Below are positions 13,029-23,817 of a stretch of 64,000 bases of DNA, in pieces. The notes below the pieces were generated by a model. It ran no database searches. It saw nothing but the letters and a program-made list of their open reading frames with translations, and had not been told where the DNA came from. Numbering within the stretch: the stretch's first letter is position 1; each line of letters begins with the position of its first letter. The position numbers and the translations under genes are program-made. Origin of the DNA: Macrostomum lignano (lineage: Eukaryota); contig NIVC01001564.1 in the NCBI GenBank assembly GCA_002269645.1, positions 166,446-230,445 of the forward strand, given 5' to 3'.

Positions 13029-14167
13029 TAGTGTTCCGCCGTCGCGAGTTTTGACCTCCGTAACCGTAACCGTAGCCGTAAGAAAGAAGCAACTTCCGTA
13101 GCCGAATTTTGCCGTCATTACGGGCTAAAAAAGTCCGTAACCGTAATTTGCCGTAACCGTAGCCGTAATGTATAACAAAAATTGATATTTTTGCATGAAA
13201 AGTAGGGCAGACAGAAAAGGACAGATAAAAAGGATAAAAGGATAGCAATAAAACCTATTTGTTGTTCGTTCATGCATTAATATTCATTTATTTTTTCGTA
13301 AATATAATATCTTTATCGAAGTATTCTATAGCATTGTTGTATGCAATTGTGTGCTTGGTGCCTTTTTCAGTTTTCTGTGTCGTGATTCTGTTTTGTTTCG
13401 CTACAATATGAATATATGACTGACGTGCCAAGGTCAATGTGTATGTTTAATATCATTAAATAAATATATGAATTTGTTCAAATAAAACTGCTTCAAAATT
13501 TCCGATGACTAAGAAATTGCATGTTACATTTTTTCATTTTCATTTTATTGCATTGTCTATTATATTGTCTTCTTTGGTTTCAATCAATTTTCAATCATAA
13601 TTCATATTCTTATCCTATTAGTATTTATTTAGTATTTCCTTATTAATATTCTTTCATCCTTATCCTCATAATCAAAATCTAATATCCTATTTTTATGCTA
13701 AGGAGCTAAATGCTACATATGGCTAAGAAATAAGAATGCCAGATTCTTAGTCTCTTGTAGGCTTTGACTGGCTCTCTCTGTCTCGCTGTTATCATGCTAT
13801 CACTATGCTATGCTATGCCGTATGCCTAATGAGAAAATTCGTGAAAAAAATCGTTTTTCATTTTCAAGAAGTTTCGTAGATATTTAGAAACTTAACAAAT
13901 GTAAAAAATAATAATAACTAGTAAAACAAAATGAAAACTGGTTGAAGTTGATATAAAAAAAATCTTTTATAACACTAAACAGTTAAAAATAAATAATTTT
14001 TGTTACGGCTACCAATTATGGCAAGTCTAGAAAAATCTCCGTAATCCGTAACCGTAACCATAAGCTCAAAATATGTCCGTAACCATAATCCGTAATGAAA
14101 ATTTGGCTTCAAAAGTGTCGTAGCCGTAATTTGCCGTAGCCGTAGCCATAATTACGGTGGAACACTA
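13029..14167. mobile_element. hAT-superfamily MITE / non-autonomous DNA transposon
   Basis: TIRs TAGTGTTCCGCCG and CGGTGGAACACTA (12/13). Perfect 8-bp TSD ATGTCTGT at 13021-13028 and 14168-14175. Clustered subterminal CCGTAA/CCGTAG repeats at both ends and an AT-rich non-coding interior. Confidence 0.92.
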
Positions 14168-15790
14168 ATGTCTGTATTCTCTAGGCTGGGAATTTTTGCA
14201 ACTTACCCCTGGTCCACCACAATTTATGGTGGCCAGATTAGCCAGGTTGGCCAGCCAGCAGTTGCAGATGTATGATTTTAACTATATCTTAACTTGACAT
14301 AAACATATAGTAGGTACATGGCAATATGGCATAGATTCCTTTGATTAATAATTAGGCATAATATAGCCATAGGAATTTTGCTTCTTTGCTAACCTTCTTG
14401 CTACAATACATTGCTAGGTTAGACCTAGTATAACCAAGACAACTATAGGCCTATGGCTATACCAAGATAGCCATAGATCTAAATATCTAAATTGATAATT
14501 AATAGACCTAAGTCTAAGACTAGGTATATTTTTTTCATTTCCTATAGGCTATGTAGGCCTATAGGCTATAGGCCCCTATTTGGCAAATATGAAGTTTGTA
14601 ATTGTAGGCCTAGGCTAGTTTGCTATCAACTTATTAAAAAGATAACCATATCATTATCAAGGAGAAGAATCAGAAGATAATAGTTAGGTTTTAGTAATGC
14701 CGCCAGTATGCTGTAAGGTTTACTGGTTTATACAGAGCTTGCGTGCGCGGCAGCCGTCCACATAGTGTTTTAATTGCGTGTACGTCAGGTCTGCATCTTA
14801 GTGAATAAGGTGGTTTGAAAAGATAGATACTTCGGGCAGTAGTAGTAGTAGTAAGTTTGGCTCAGGCAGGAAGCCTGTTTGGCCAATATATTTCAATGTA
14901 TTTAATAGATCAAGAGTAGAAGGAAATATTTATGATAAGTACCCGTCGCTGTAGCGATTTTAGCAAATTTGAATTGCCGCCTACGTTGAGTTCGAACGAA
15001 TCAAGCCGGAAGATCGCGCAGTTAATCTCAGAAACCGGGTTACTCCGTCTGCCGGGTTCCTTAATTCTGGGGGGAGTGTTGTTGAAGTCATAGTCGAGTG
15101 GTCGTAAATGGGCGTCGTTCAAGTTGGGTCCTATGATACCGAAGTTTAATGTGCGTCGATTTGCGTTGAAACTTACTAAGAGTAGCGTAGGGCTGGAACA
15201 TTTGATTATCAGAAGCTTGCTTGGAGTTGAGAATTGGGTTATTTTGTAATGAACGCGCAACCGAGAAATACGTGTATTATTCAAGAGTGCCAAAAAGCAT
15301 ATTATATAGAGGGGCGAGGGGGGCTGAGCAATCGATAGCAACGTACATGATTGGGGGACGGGGCGGCTGGGGCGCAGATGTGCGTACAATAAATTATAGT
15401 TACAAGTGCATCACTGACATCTCTCTTCTAATAGCAAAAATCGAGAGGAATTAAAATCAATTGTTCGAAGAATTATCACTAATCACTCCTTTCTAATAGC
15501 AAAAAAAACGAGAGGAAATAAAATCAATTTCTCGAAGGAATTATCGCTTCCAAAACATTTCATTATTTGCGCATTAGGCATGTGCGAGAACTCAAAAAAA
15601 TATTTCTATTAAAACAAATGCAAAAATTAATTTTTTTTCAAAATTTTTAGACAAAAAAAATCAACAACGAAATTCGATTTAGATAAGGAATAAAATATTT
15701 GGAATATTTTCTCAGCAACAAAATCAGCGGATTAATTGAAAATCCATGTTACAGTCCTTGAAAACAAACAAAAGTCACTGTCCCTATCAC

Positions 15791-16417
15791 TCACACGTCA
15801 TGTCTGTAGCGGAGAGGCGGAATGCCCTTTGTGGCCCTGGCAGAGCGGCGCAGTGGCTCTTCAGGCTCCGCAAGGTCTGATGCCGCCAACTCATCGCCGG
15901 CCGGAGCCGCCTGGGCCGCCCGCTGGACGTCTTCGGCTTCAGCAGTGGACTGCTGCGGCGGCACTGGTCGCAGGTCCCGGCGATTGCGAATCAGCTCCCT
16001 GCCGCTTTGAGTCAGCAGTCGGTAGTTGCGGTGCTCCGGGTCAGCTTGCGTCACAACAGCTGGCTCCCATCTGAAACCATGCCGAAAACGAACTGCATCT
16101 CCCTGATTCAATGTTGAGAGCGGTCGGGCTTGCTGGTCGTAGTGCCGTTTTTGAGCAGCCTGCAGCGGGGCTTTAGAGAATCCGGTTGTTCTGTCTTTGA
16201 GCAGCGCCTCCTCACCTGCTGGCAGCTTCGTACGAATCAACCGACCGAACATGAGCTCGCTGGGGCTGGTGCTCGTACCGCTAATTGGTGAAGCTCGATA
16301 TTCCATTAGCGCAATTTCAGGCTGATCAGCTTTCCTCAGGATGCTCTTTGCCACTTTGACTGCCTTTTCAGCCATCCCGTTGGACTGTGGATATCCGGGT
16401 GACGAGCGCGTGTGCAC
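15791..16417 (-). CDS. Gypsy integrase core C-part and C-terminal domain
   Basis: SSPGYPQSNGMAEKAVK, then YRASP...SPSELMFGR.IRT.LP. Continues the upstream ORF after a 1-bp frameshift. Confidence 0.88.
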   Translation of the reverse strand: MHTRSSPGYPQSNGMAEKAVKVAKSILRKADQPEIALMEYRASPISGTSTSPSELMFGRLIRTKLPAGEEALLKDRTTGFSKAPLQAAQKRHYDQQARPLSTLNQGDAVRFRHGFRWEPAVVTQADPEHRNYRLLTQSGRELIRNRRDLRPVPPQQSTAEAEDVQRAAQAAPAGDELAASDLAEPEEPLRRSARATKGIPPLRYRHDV

Positions 16418-18030
16418 GAACCAAACTGTGCAGCAAACTCTTGAAACTTAAACGAGCTGAATGGGGGCCCATTGTCACTGACCAGCTCTTCGACGATACC
16501 GAACCTGGCGAACATCGACTTAATTCGAGCAATCACTAGGTCAGCTCCAGACTGTTGACCTAACTTTGCCAGTTCGATCCAGTTGCTGTAATAGCAGGTA
16601 ACGACTAGCCACTTGTCGCCATTGAAGTCCAGCAGATCACAACCAACCTTGGTCCATGGTGCATTCGGAATCTGATGGTTCAACAGCGGTTCCTTTGGGT
16701 TGGCCGGCTGAAACGTTTGACAAGTGCTGCAGTTCTTCACGAAGTTCTTAATGTCCGCTGACATGCCTGGCCAGTACAGAATTTGACGAGCTCGGGCCTC
16801 CGTCTTGCCCGCGCCAGCATGACCTTCGTGTAAAATTTGCAGAATCTTCTGTCGCAACGATGCTGGAACAATAACGCGGTCCAACTTCATCAGCACGTCA
16901 TCATTGTAGGTCAAGTCCTCCTTGAAGCTCCAATACGGACGGACAGAGTGGCAAATGTTCCAAAAGTTGCTTGGCCAACCCGTCAGAACAAACCGGGCTA
17001 CAGAACTTAAGTCCGAATCTTTGCGGGTCTCGTCTCGGATTTCTTGCAAAGGAATGGCGGAAATCGGGAGGCTCTTGCTCATTTGATGCACCTCCACCTC
17101 AATTTCGTCGTCTAGAGCAGCCTCGGCCTCCGGAAGGTAAGCTCTTGAAAGCGTATCGGCAATCAGCATCTTGGATCCCGGTGCCCAGGATACACGCAGA
17201 TTGTATCTTTTGAGTTGGTACAGCATTCGAGCAATGCGTGGCGGAACATGCAGCAAGTCACGCTTAAAAATAACCTCCAGGGGCTTGTGGTCTGTAGTCA
17301 CTCGTACTACTGGAAGGCCATATATGTAGTCATGAAATTTCTTGCAAGCAATAACAACGGCCAGAGTCTCCTTCTCAATCTGAGTATAGTTCTTTTGCGT
17401 GTTGGTCAGCGCAGCCGATCCATACGCCACAGGCTGTCCATTCTGCAGCAAAACGCAACCAACTCCGACCGATGAACTGTCAACTTGAAGCTCAACTTCC
17501 ATATCGGCGTCAAACAACCTTAGCACAGGAGCGTCCGACAGAACATCTTTTAGCTTCTCAAAAGCTTGCTGCTGCTTCTCTTGCCAGTCAAAAAGCACCT
17601 CCTTCTTGAGCAGGGCACGAAGAGGTTCAGTGATGTCCGATGCATTCGGAATAAACTTGCCCAGGTAGGTTGCCATGCCAAGCAGCCGCATCACTGCCTG
17701 CTTATCACCTGGAACCGGAAGCTCTTGAATGGCTTTTACTTTAGCAGGATCTGGACGAACACCGTCAGATGAGATCACGTGACCAACATAGTTTACTGAA
17801 GTAACACCAACTTTCAATTTCTTGCGATTTAGCTTTAAATTCGACTGACGGGCCTCACTGAGCACCTTGAGTAGCTTCTGATCGTGCTCTTCGCGGGTCC
17901 GTCCCCAGACAAGCATATCATCAACAATTACCTCAGCCCAGCTGCTGAAAATTTTGCTTAGCTCACGTTGGTAGACTTCCGGTGCATCAATAGTTCCTGG
18001 GGCAGGCGAACAAATTTGTATCTGTCCCAC
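16336..18030 (-). CDS. Gypsy pol fragment: RT C-half, RNase H, integrase zinc-binding domain and start of core
   Basis: 564-aa ORF with IVDD, RNase H DSS/TDH and HHCC motifs. Confidence 0.9.
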   Translation of the reverse strand: MGQIQICSPAPGTIDAPEVYQRELSKIFSSWAEVIVDDMLVWGRTREEHDQKLLKVLSEARQSNLKLNRKKLKVGVTSVNYVGHVISSDGVRPDPAKVKAIQELPVPGDKQAVMRLLGMATYLGKFIPNASDITEPLRALLKKEVLFDWQEKQQQAFEKLKDVLSDAPVLRLFDADMEVELQVDSSSVGVGCVLLQNGQPVAYGSAALTNTQKNYTQIEKETLAVVIACKKFHDYIYGLPVVRVTTDHKPLEVIFKRDLLHVPPRIARMLYQLKRYNLRVSWAPGSKMLIADTLSRAYLPEAEAALDDEIEVEVHQMSKSLPISAIPLQEIRDETRKDSDLSSVARFVLTGWPSNFWNICHSVRPYWSFKEDLTYNDDVLMKLDRVIVPASLRQKILQILHEGHAGAGKTEARARQILYWPGMSADIKNFVKNCSTCQTFQPANPKEPLLNHQIPNAPWTKVGCDLLDFNGDKWLVVTCYYSNWIELAKLGQQSGADLVIARIKSMFARFGIVEELVSDNGPPFSSFKFQEFAAQFGSCTRARHPDIHSPTGWLKRQSKWQRAS

Positions 18031-18971
18031 GGAGTGTTGAAAGTACAGAGCTGTGTACTTTCTTCGTCAAGTCTTATCTGCCAAAAACCAGTCTTTGCAT
18101 CCAGCACGGTGAAATACTTGGCACCTGGAATGCGCGCAACAACTTGCTCGACTGTTGTCATCGGGTAGTGAGCGCGCTTGATAGCTTTGTTGAGATGTGT
18201 CGGATCGATACACAGTCGCAGGCTGCCATCTGGCTTGTGCACAGTAACCAAAGAGTTTACCCAATCCGTTGGCTCAGAAACTTTAACGATGACTCCGAGG
18301 GCCTCCATGCGCTTTAACTCCTCCTGAACTTTGCCTTGCAGCGCAAAGGGAATCTTTCTCGGAGCATTGACGACAGGAACAGCATGTTCATCGAGAGTAA
18401 ACGAGTGCACGTAAGGCAAACAGCCAAGCTTGTCGTCAAACAGGTCACTGAATTCCTCTAGCACGAACTTTTCGTCAATCACCGGTGGCTGTCTCCCAAG
18501 AAAACGAAAGGTGAAGGTTACCCAGAAGGAAGGTGGGATGCCAGCCGAAGCGGCCCGCTGCGCTCTACCGCGATGGCGGAATTGGTACCGCTCTACCGCG
18601 CTGCTCGTCCAGTCGCCGACCCGCATGATAGCGTCGGGGATGCCGGCATTCGCGGCGGACTTGGCGCCCCCCCCCGCCGCAACGATCGAGTGCCCGGAAA
18701 AGCTGGCCAGCTCTGAATACCCAGCCGCCCGCAGGGCCGTCTTCAGCCGCTTGGCAAAGGCGTGCGCGGTGAGCGGCGCGAGGGCTGCGGGCCCCGCGAA
18801 GAGATGATGTTGAGCATCTTGAGGATGGTTGATGAGCAGCTGCTTCTCGAGCGCTGCAACTGGCCGGCAAAGTCGATTGCCGGCTTGGAGCCGCGACAGA
18901 AAGACACGGTGCTGGCGCGCACCAAACTGGTTGGTTTTCGACCTTGGAATGACGAGAATATAGTGCCGGCA
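17958..18971 (-). CDS. Chimeric stop-free frame: DIRS/Ngaro tyrosine recombinase catalytic C-half joined to Gypsy RT N-half
   Basis: Frame is open from 18971 (after TAG at 18972-18974). It reads ILVIPRSKTNQFG...CRPVAAL...FSGHS...GGAKSAANAGIPDAIMRVGDWTSSAVERY, then FLGRQPPVIDEKFVLEEFSDLFDDKLG...PRKIPF...CIDPTHLN...LDAKTGFWQ. The ORF track reports only the part from Met 18626. Confidence 0.75.
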   Translation of the reverse strand, partial: CRHYILVIPRSKTNQFGARQHRVFLSRLQAGNRLCRPVAALEKQLLINHPQDAQHHLFAGPAALAPLTAHAFAKRLKTALRAAGYSELASFSGHSIVAAGGGAKSAANAGIPDAIMRVGDWTSSAVERYQFRHRGRAQRAASAGIPPSFWVTFTFRFLGRQPPVIDEKFVLEEFSDLFDDKLGCLPYVHSFTLDEHAVPVVNAPRKIPFALQGKVQEELKRMEALGVIVKVSEPTDWVNSLVTVHKPDGSLRLCIDPTHLNKAIKRAHYPMTTVEQVVARIPGAKYFTVLDAKTGFWQIRLDEESTQLCTFNTPWDRYKFVRLPQELLMHRKSTNVS

Positions 18972-19060
18972 CTAGCCGGCCTGATGCAGCTCGCGCTGAG
19001 GTCCCGAAGGAGGTCAAACCAACCGGCGACGCACAGATTGGCCCGCAGCGGTGTCGGAAT
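18490..19060 (-). mobile_element. DIRS/Ngaro tyrosine recombinase, catalytic half (degenerate)
   Basis: ANLCVAGWFDLLR (Arg-I region), SKTNQ, GHS..GGA and GDWTSSAVERY (catalytic Tyr region). Contains one internal stop and a frameshift. Confidence 0.85.
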
Positions 19061-19505
19061 TCATATTTCAAAGTGGGGGGGGGCTATTGGTGGGAGGGCA
19101 CATTGCACATGATTTTTTTAATCTAAGGGCACCCTAACTCCTGCTGTTATGTCAGTTTGTGAAATTAATTGTGACAATCAGGCCAATATTCAATGCTGTG
19201 TCCGGAATTAAAGTTAGCCAAAAGTCTGAAAAATGTTCGAATTTTCAACTAATTCAAACATTGCGCAACTCCACTGCACTATCAATTTATTTAGTAAATA
19301 TCTCAAATGAATGAAAATTGCCAAGGCAAGACCAGTGGCTGCCTCCTTCAGTTCCTCTTGGCGCTGTCTCTTTATTCTATTATCTGACGGCATTTTAGTG
19401 CTTTTAGTTGCAGCGCCAGCAGCGGTTTAAGTCTTGGGATTGCGGCGGACTCGGAATTTCGATCAGAGATGCCAAAGTACGAGCTAAAAGGGCTGAATAC
19501 TAAAA

Positions 19506-20483
19506 CAGGGGTTGGCAAACTCCGGCCTAAGGGCCTAATGTGGCCCGCAAAGCCTCTCTATCCGGCCCTTGGGTTCTTTGAATCTTCACAATAGCAATCC
19601 GGCCTGCTCTATGTTTGTGTCTCTTCTTATATTATCCTGTCCTCTCCTTTCCTCTCTTCTCCTCTCCTTTCCTCTCTTCTCCTCTCCTTTCCTCTCCTCT
19701 CCTCTCCTTTCCTCTCCTCTCCTCTCCTGTCCTCTCCTCTCCTCACCTTTCCTCTCCTCTCCTCTCCTCTGCTTTCCTCTCCTCTCCTCTCCTCTCCTCT
19801 CCTCTATTCTCATCTCCTCTCCTCTCCTCTCCTCTCCTCTCCTCTCCTTTCCTCTCCTCTCTTCTCTCCTTTCCTTTCCTCTTTTCTCATCTCCTCACGT
19901 CTCTCCTCTCCTCTCATCTCACCTCTTTCCTCTCCTCTCATCTCACCTCTTTCCTCTCCTCTCCTCTCCTCTCCTCTCCTCTCTTCTCATCTCCTCTCCT
20001 CTCCTCTCCTCTCCTCTCCTCTCCTCTCCTTTCCTCTCCTCTCTTCTCTCCTCTCCTTTCCTTTCCTCTTTTCTCATCTCCTCACCTCTCTCCTCTCCTC
20101 TCATCTCATCTCTCTCCTCTCCTCTCATCTCCTCACCTCTCTCCTCTCCTCTCATCTCTCGTATCCTCTCCATTCTCTTCTCTCTCCTTTCCTCTCTTCT
20201 CTCTAATATTTCGACTCTCCTCTCCTCATTTATCTCCTCTCTCCTCTCTCCTCTCCTATATTATCTCTCTTCTAGTCTACTCTCTTCTTTATTCCTTCGC
20301 CTCTCCTTTCTCCTGCGCTCGTATTTCTCTTCTCTATTCCCTATCCTCTCTCCCTACAGCCCGCAGTCATCAGAGACTCCTGGGCGCGCGTTTCGCTTAG
20401 GGGGCCCAGCGAAGCGCACCCAGAAGGGCAGCCATGCGCTGCTCTCAATCTGGCCCTTGAGGTAAAAAGTTTGCTGACCCCTG
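19506..20483. mobile_element. hAT (Charlie-like) MITE carrying a large CT-rich expansion
   Basis: TIRs CAGGGGTTGGCAAACT and AGTTTGCTGACCCCTG (14/16), each followed by ggccc-type subterminal motifs. TSD TACTAAAA / CACTAAAA (7/8). Confidence 0.85.
19620..20345. repeat. (CTCCT/CTCTT)n pentamer-based pyrimidine tract inside the MITE
   Basis: Visible directly. The S/P/L-rich and E/R-rich ORFs here are artefacts. Confidence 0.92.
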
Positions 20484-20699
20484 CACTAAAAGCACTATAG
20501 GCTTAGGCACATTAGATAAAAACCGTAGTGGAATGGGATTGAGAACAACATGAACTATTATATCAGCTGGTACGAGCGTAAGCTTCCAAGACTCAGAAAA
20601 GCCAAAGCCGAAAACGGCCGAGACTTGCTTGAAATAAAAAAGGGCACTTGCTGGATCATGCTGAAAAGTGGGGGGGGGGGGCTTCAGCGTCCCATGCCC

Positions 20700-21810
20700 C
20701 CCCCCCTGGAGTGCTCGGCGCAGTCGCTGGAGGTCGGCTGGCAGAAGCGCTTGCTTGCTCTTTGGAGCAGCACCAAGGAGCGGTCGGGCTCCGCGCAGCG
20801 TGAGCTGTACCAGCGGTTGCTTGGTAGGGTCGACCACACCGTTCGCCTTGTAGAACCAGGACACGGCTGCGAGGTGACATGACAGACTGCTGACGGAGAA
20901 CAGTCGGTTTCCGGCCAGCTCCGCCAGCTAGTTGCACACGTCGGCAGGCTGCGCTGACAGTGGCCGAACTCCATGGGCATCGCAGAACCGCAGCCAGAAT
21001 GCGCACTCGGTGGCGTAGGCGGCGCTGGTTGAGCTTGCGAAGCCACCGCCGAGCAGTTGGCGGGCGGATGAGCTGAGGCCAGGCACAGGAGACCACAGGA
21101 GGCGGACCTGAAAAAGAAGGTGAGAAGCAGCGGCAGGACTCAAGCAAGCAGATGCAAGCAAGCGGGTAGGCACGTAGCAGGTGCCGTAGAAACGAAAAAG
21201 AAAGTTAGCAAGCTGGCTAGGGTCGTTAGCTCTAAACAGCGGATCCGCGAGAAGCTGAAAGCGGCCCGGCACGTGGTACGCGCGCACGATAAAGTCACGT
21301 TGGATGCAGGTCAGAGTGACGAGCCTCTGCAGGTCGGCGATGCCCGCGGTACTTGGCCGAGTTAGAGTTGATGATGCCGCAGGCAGCGGTGCTGTGCGTT
21401 TACACCGCAACGGAGCGGCCGCTGAGGGCCACTTGGTGCTTCAGGATAGCGACCACCAGAGGGGCAGCGGACTCCTTGAGGTTGATGTGGAGCTCTTCAA
21501 ACTCGCTACCGCAGTCGAGCTGCCATAGTAATAAAAAGCCAGGTCGAGTCACTGTCGTCGAAGTGCAGTACCGCACCGCCGCCTGCGTCACAGGCGTCAG
21601 ATTCGATAGCGGCGGCCGGCGGACTTTGGCGGCAGAATGCTCAAAGCGATCGTCCAAAACTCCAGCTGAGACCTGAGCTCCGCCGTAACTCGAAAACGGT
21701 CGGACGGATGCGTCAGGCTATTGGCGAGATCGATGAGCAGGCGCAGGAAGGTTCGACCGTGCTGAGCGGTTGTGCAACTTGCACCACGCGACGCAGAGTT
21801 GGGCTGAGTG
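20700..21810 (-). mobile_element. DIRS/Ngaro retroelement fragment: RT thumb/connection, RNase H, YR N-terminal domain (degenerate)
   Basis: GRTFLRLLIDLA...RSQLEFW; DFIVRAYHVPGRFQLLADPLFR (RNase H); ASSTSAAYATECAFWLRFC...SWFYKANGVVDPTKQPLVQLTLRGAR (YR N-domain). Contains stops and frameshifts. Confidence 0.85.
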
Positions 21811-22820
21811 AGGAGGGATTGGGAAGAGCGGAGGGCGAAGATCGGATCGATTGAAGCAATTCCGCCCGGTTTTCATTGTTTTTTTCAAGGATTTTTTAAT
21901 ATCAAAATGGTTGGTCAGGTGTTAGTGACCAGCCCGACACAAAGAGACACAATTAAAGAGACAATTGGCGAGCAAGGCGAGCAACGCGCGGGAGGCACAC
22001 AGCGAAAAAGCGACCTCCAAGCAATGTATTTTATACACGGACTAGTGGTCCTTGATTTTATAACGAGTTACAAGAAAAAAAATTTGAGTTAAAAGCAGAA
22101 ATTGAATAGAAAAAAAAACTTAAGCGGAGAGCTGCGCGCAAATTGAGTCAGAAAACGCGGTGAGAGGCTCACCTAAAAAAGGCTAGCAGGCGGAGGGGAG
22201 GTGGGGGCCAGCCCCCACCCCACACAGATGCACAGAGACCGCAAGGGGCGGGCTGATCACTAAAGCCGGTTTGCACAGGCGCAAGCACCCATGCAAACCA
22301 AAGCAATAGACGCTGGTTGAAAGACACTGCTCACTGGGACAAAGGCTGGCGACTTTTCAATGTTGCTGAGTACAGTATATGTACATATCTGTTAGCAATT
22401 GTTTTCTTATTATTTGCTAGACGAGCTGCAGTCCCACGATCTTGAAGTCATACACTGCGTTTAAGCCGATAAAAGGGACGCTGCTGGGTGGGTCTGGATA
22501 ACATTGACGACCATCCCAGCTAAGCAGGTTCAAGTAGGCCTCTCACCTAACCAATCAAATACTCAAGCTCTCAGGAAAAGCTGACTCTTCGAAGAAGTTC
22601 TAGCAGTTAACGCCGAAGATGATGGCTTCGAACTTAATGACGTCACTAGCTCGGTGGGGGAATTGAAGATGTCGCAATTTGGGGGAGAGGCAATTACATT
22701 GTCTCGTGTTGGTTGGGTGGGCCCCTCCGCCGGCTGGGGGTATTTTATTCCAGCCGCGCTTCTGAGCAAGCAGTGTTTTCGCGCAGTTATTTTTTTAACT
22801 CTAAAGCCAATCGCTGAATC

Positions 22821-23019
22821 ATGACTAGCACTGACACTATCAAGTCACTGCGCGAGAGGTTGCAAGGCCTAGGCCTGCCAACCCACGGAAACAAAATGGA
22901 GCTATTGGAGAGGCTGTCTGCACACATCGATAGCCTAACAGGACTGCAGGACGGCGATGATTGCAGATCGCCTTCACAGACCCCGGAGACAACTCGCTCG
23001 AAGAACATCTAAGATCTGC

Positions 23020-23052
<33 letters not shown>

Positions 23053-23772
23053 AGTGAGGCTGCAGCGAACGACGAGCTGCCGGAAGTCGAGCAGCGTATC
23101 CGGCTGCTGAAGCTGCGCAAGGAAGAAGCCGAGCTGCAGGCCGAGGTTAACCTATTGCAGCGGCAACAGGCTCCCTCAACTAACCATGGTGAGTTGTTTG
23201 GTCACATGATCAGGGAGTGAGTCGGCTAGACCAGCAATCCAGCATGGTACCTACCGCATACCCGAATTCATCTGTAAACGCAAGCAGCAGGAAGCGGGTA
23301 TCATCCAGTCTGTTGATCGGACAGGTAGAGTTGTCTACAAGGTGAAGGAGGCAGCGTTGGAATCTCTGACCTTTGGCGACTGGATTGCTGGCAATGCGCG
23401 CATAATGCTGAAGATGCTGGATGATGGAGCTCTAGTTAAGAGCGGTGAAGGAGGATGTCCTGATGTTTCTGAGCTCCGAGATTACCTGTGTTTTAATGTA
23501 GCCAGACGGCTACTACCTCTTGGGAATCCAGAGCCTCCGACATGGGCCTGGTTGCCGCCTACCTGATGGCACCGCAGAGAGGACCGACTGCTTCAGAGAG
23601 ACAGTCGAAGCGGAGCCAGCAGCCTGTGTGCTTTGATTTCAATAAGGAAGCCGGTTGCAGCAGAAGAAACTGCAAGTTCGCTCATCAATGCCGGAGGTGC
23701 GGTCTAAGCCACTCAGAAGCGGCTGCCCACCGGGATGGCGTGGGCATCGAGACGGCCAGACCATCGCACTGA
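22821..23772 (+). pseudogene. Ngaro gag-like ORF (fragmented) with N-terminal SAP motif and CCCH-type zinc finger
   Basis: TIKSLRERLQGLGLPTHGNKMELLERL fits the SAP pattern L..L...GL...G.K..L..RL. Also LTFGDWIAGNARIM and CFDFNKEAGCSRRNCKFAHQCRRCGLSH. Confidence 0.75.
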
Positions 23773-23817
23773 CTGAGTGCCCGTAGTGATTTTAACGTCC
23801 CCGTTTTATCTACAGAC

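Larger units (their letters stand above)
15791..18490 (-). mobile_element. Ty3/Gypsy LTR retrotransposon pol region (RT-RNase H-integrase); gag, protease and LTRs not identified
   Basis: RT motifs KPDGSLRLCID, VLDAKTGFWQI and VIVDDMLVWG; RNase H motifs LQVDSSSVGVG and TTDHKPL; integrase motifs HEGH..C..C, VGCDL and SDNGPPF..PQSNGMAEKAV; C-terminal RRSAR..K..P.RY. Two 1-bp frameshifts near 18000 and 16400. Confidence 0.95.

Noticed and set aside
14712-14912. Possible solo LTR (TGT...CA) near the Gypsy element
   Set aside because: No TSD, no second copy in the window, and no PBS or PPT adjacent.
14910-15389. 159-aa minus-strand ORF
   Set aside because: No recognisable motif and no convincing splice sites or partner exons.
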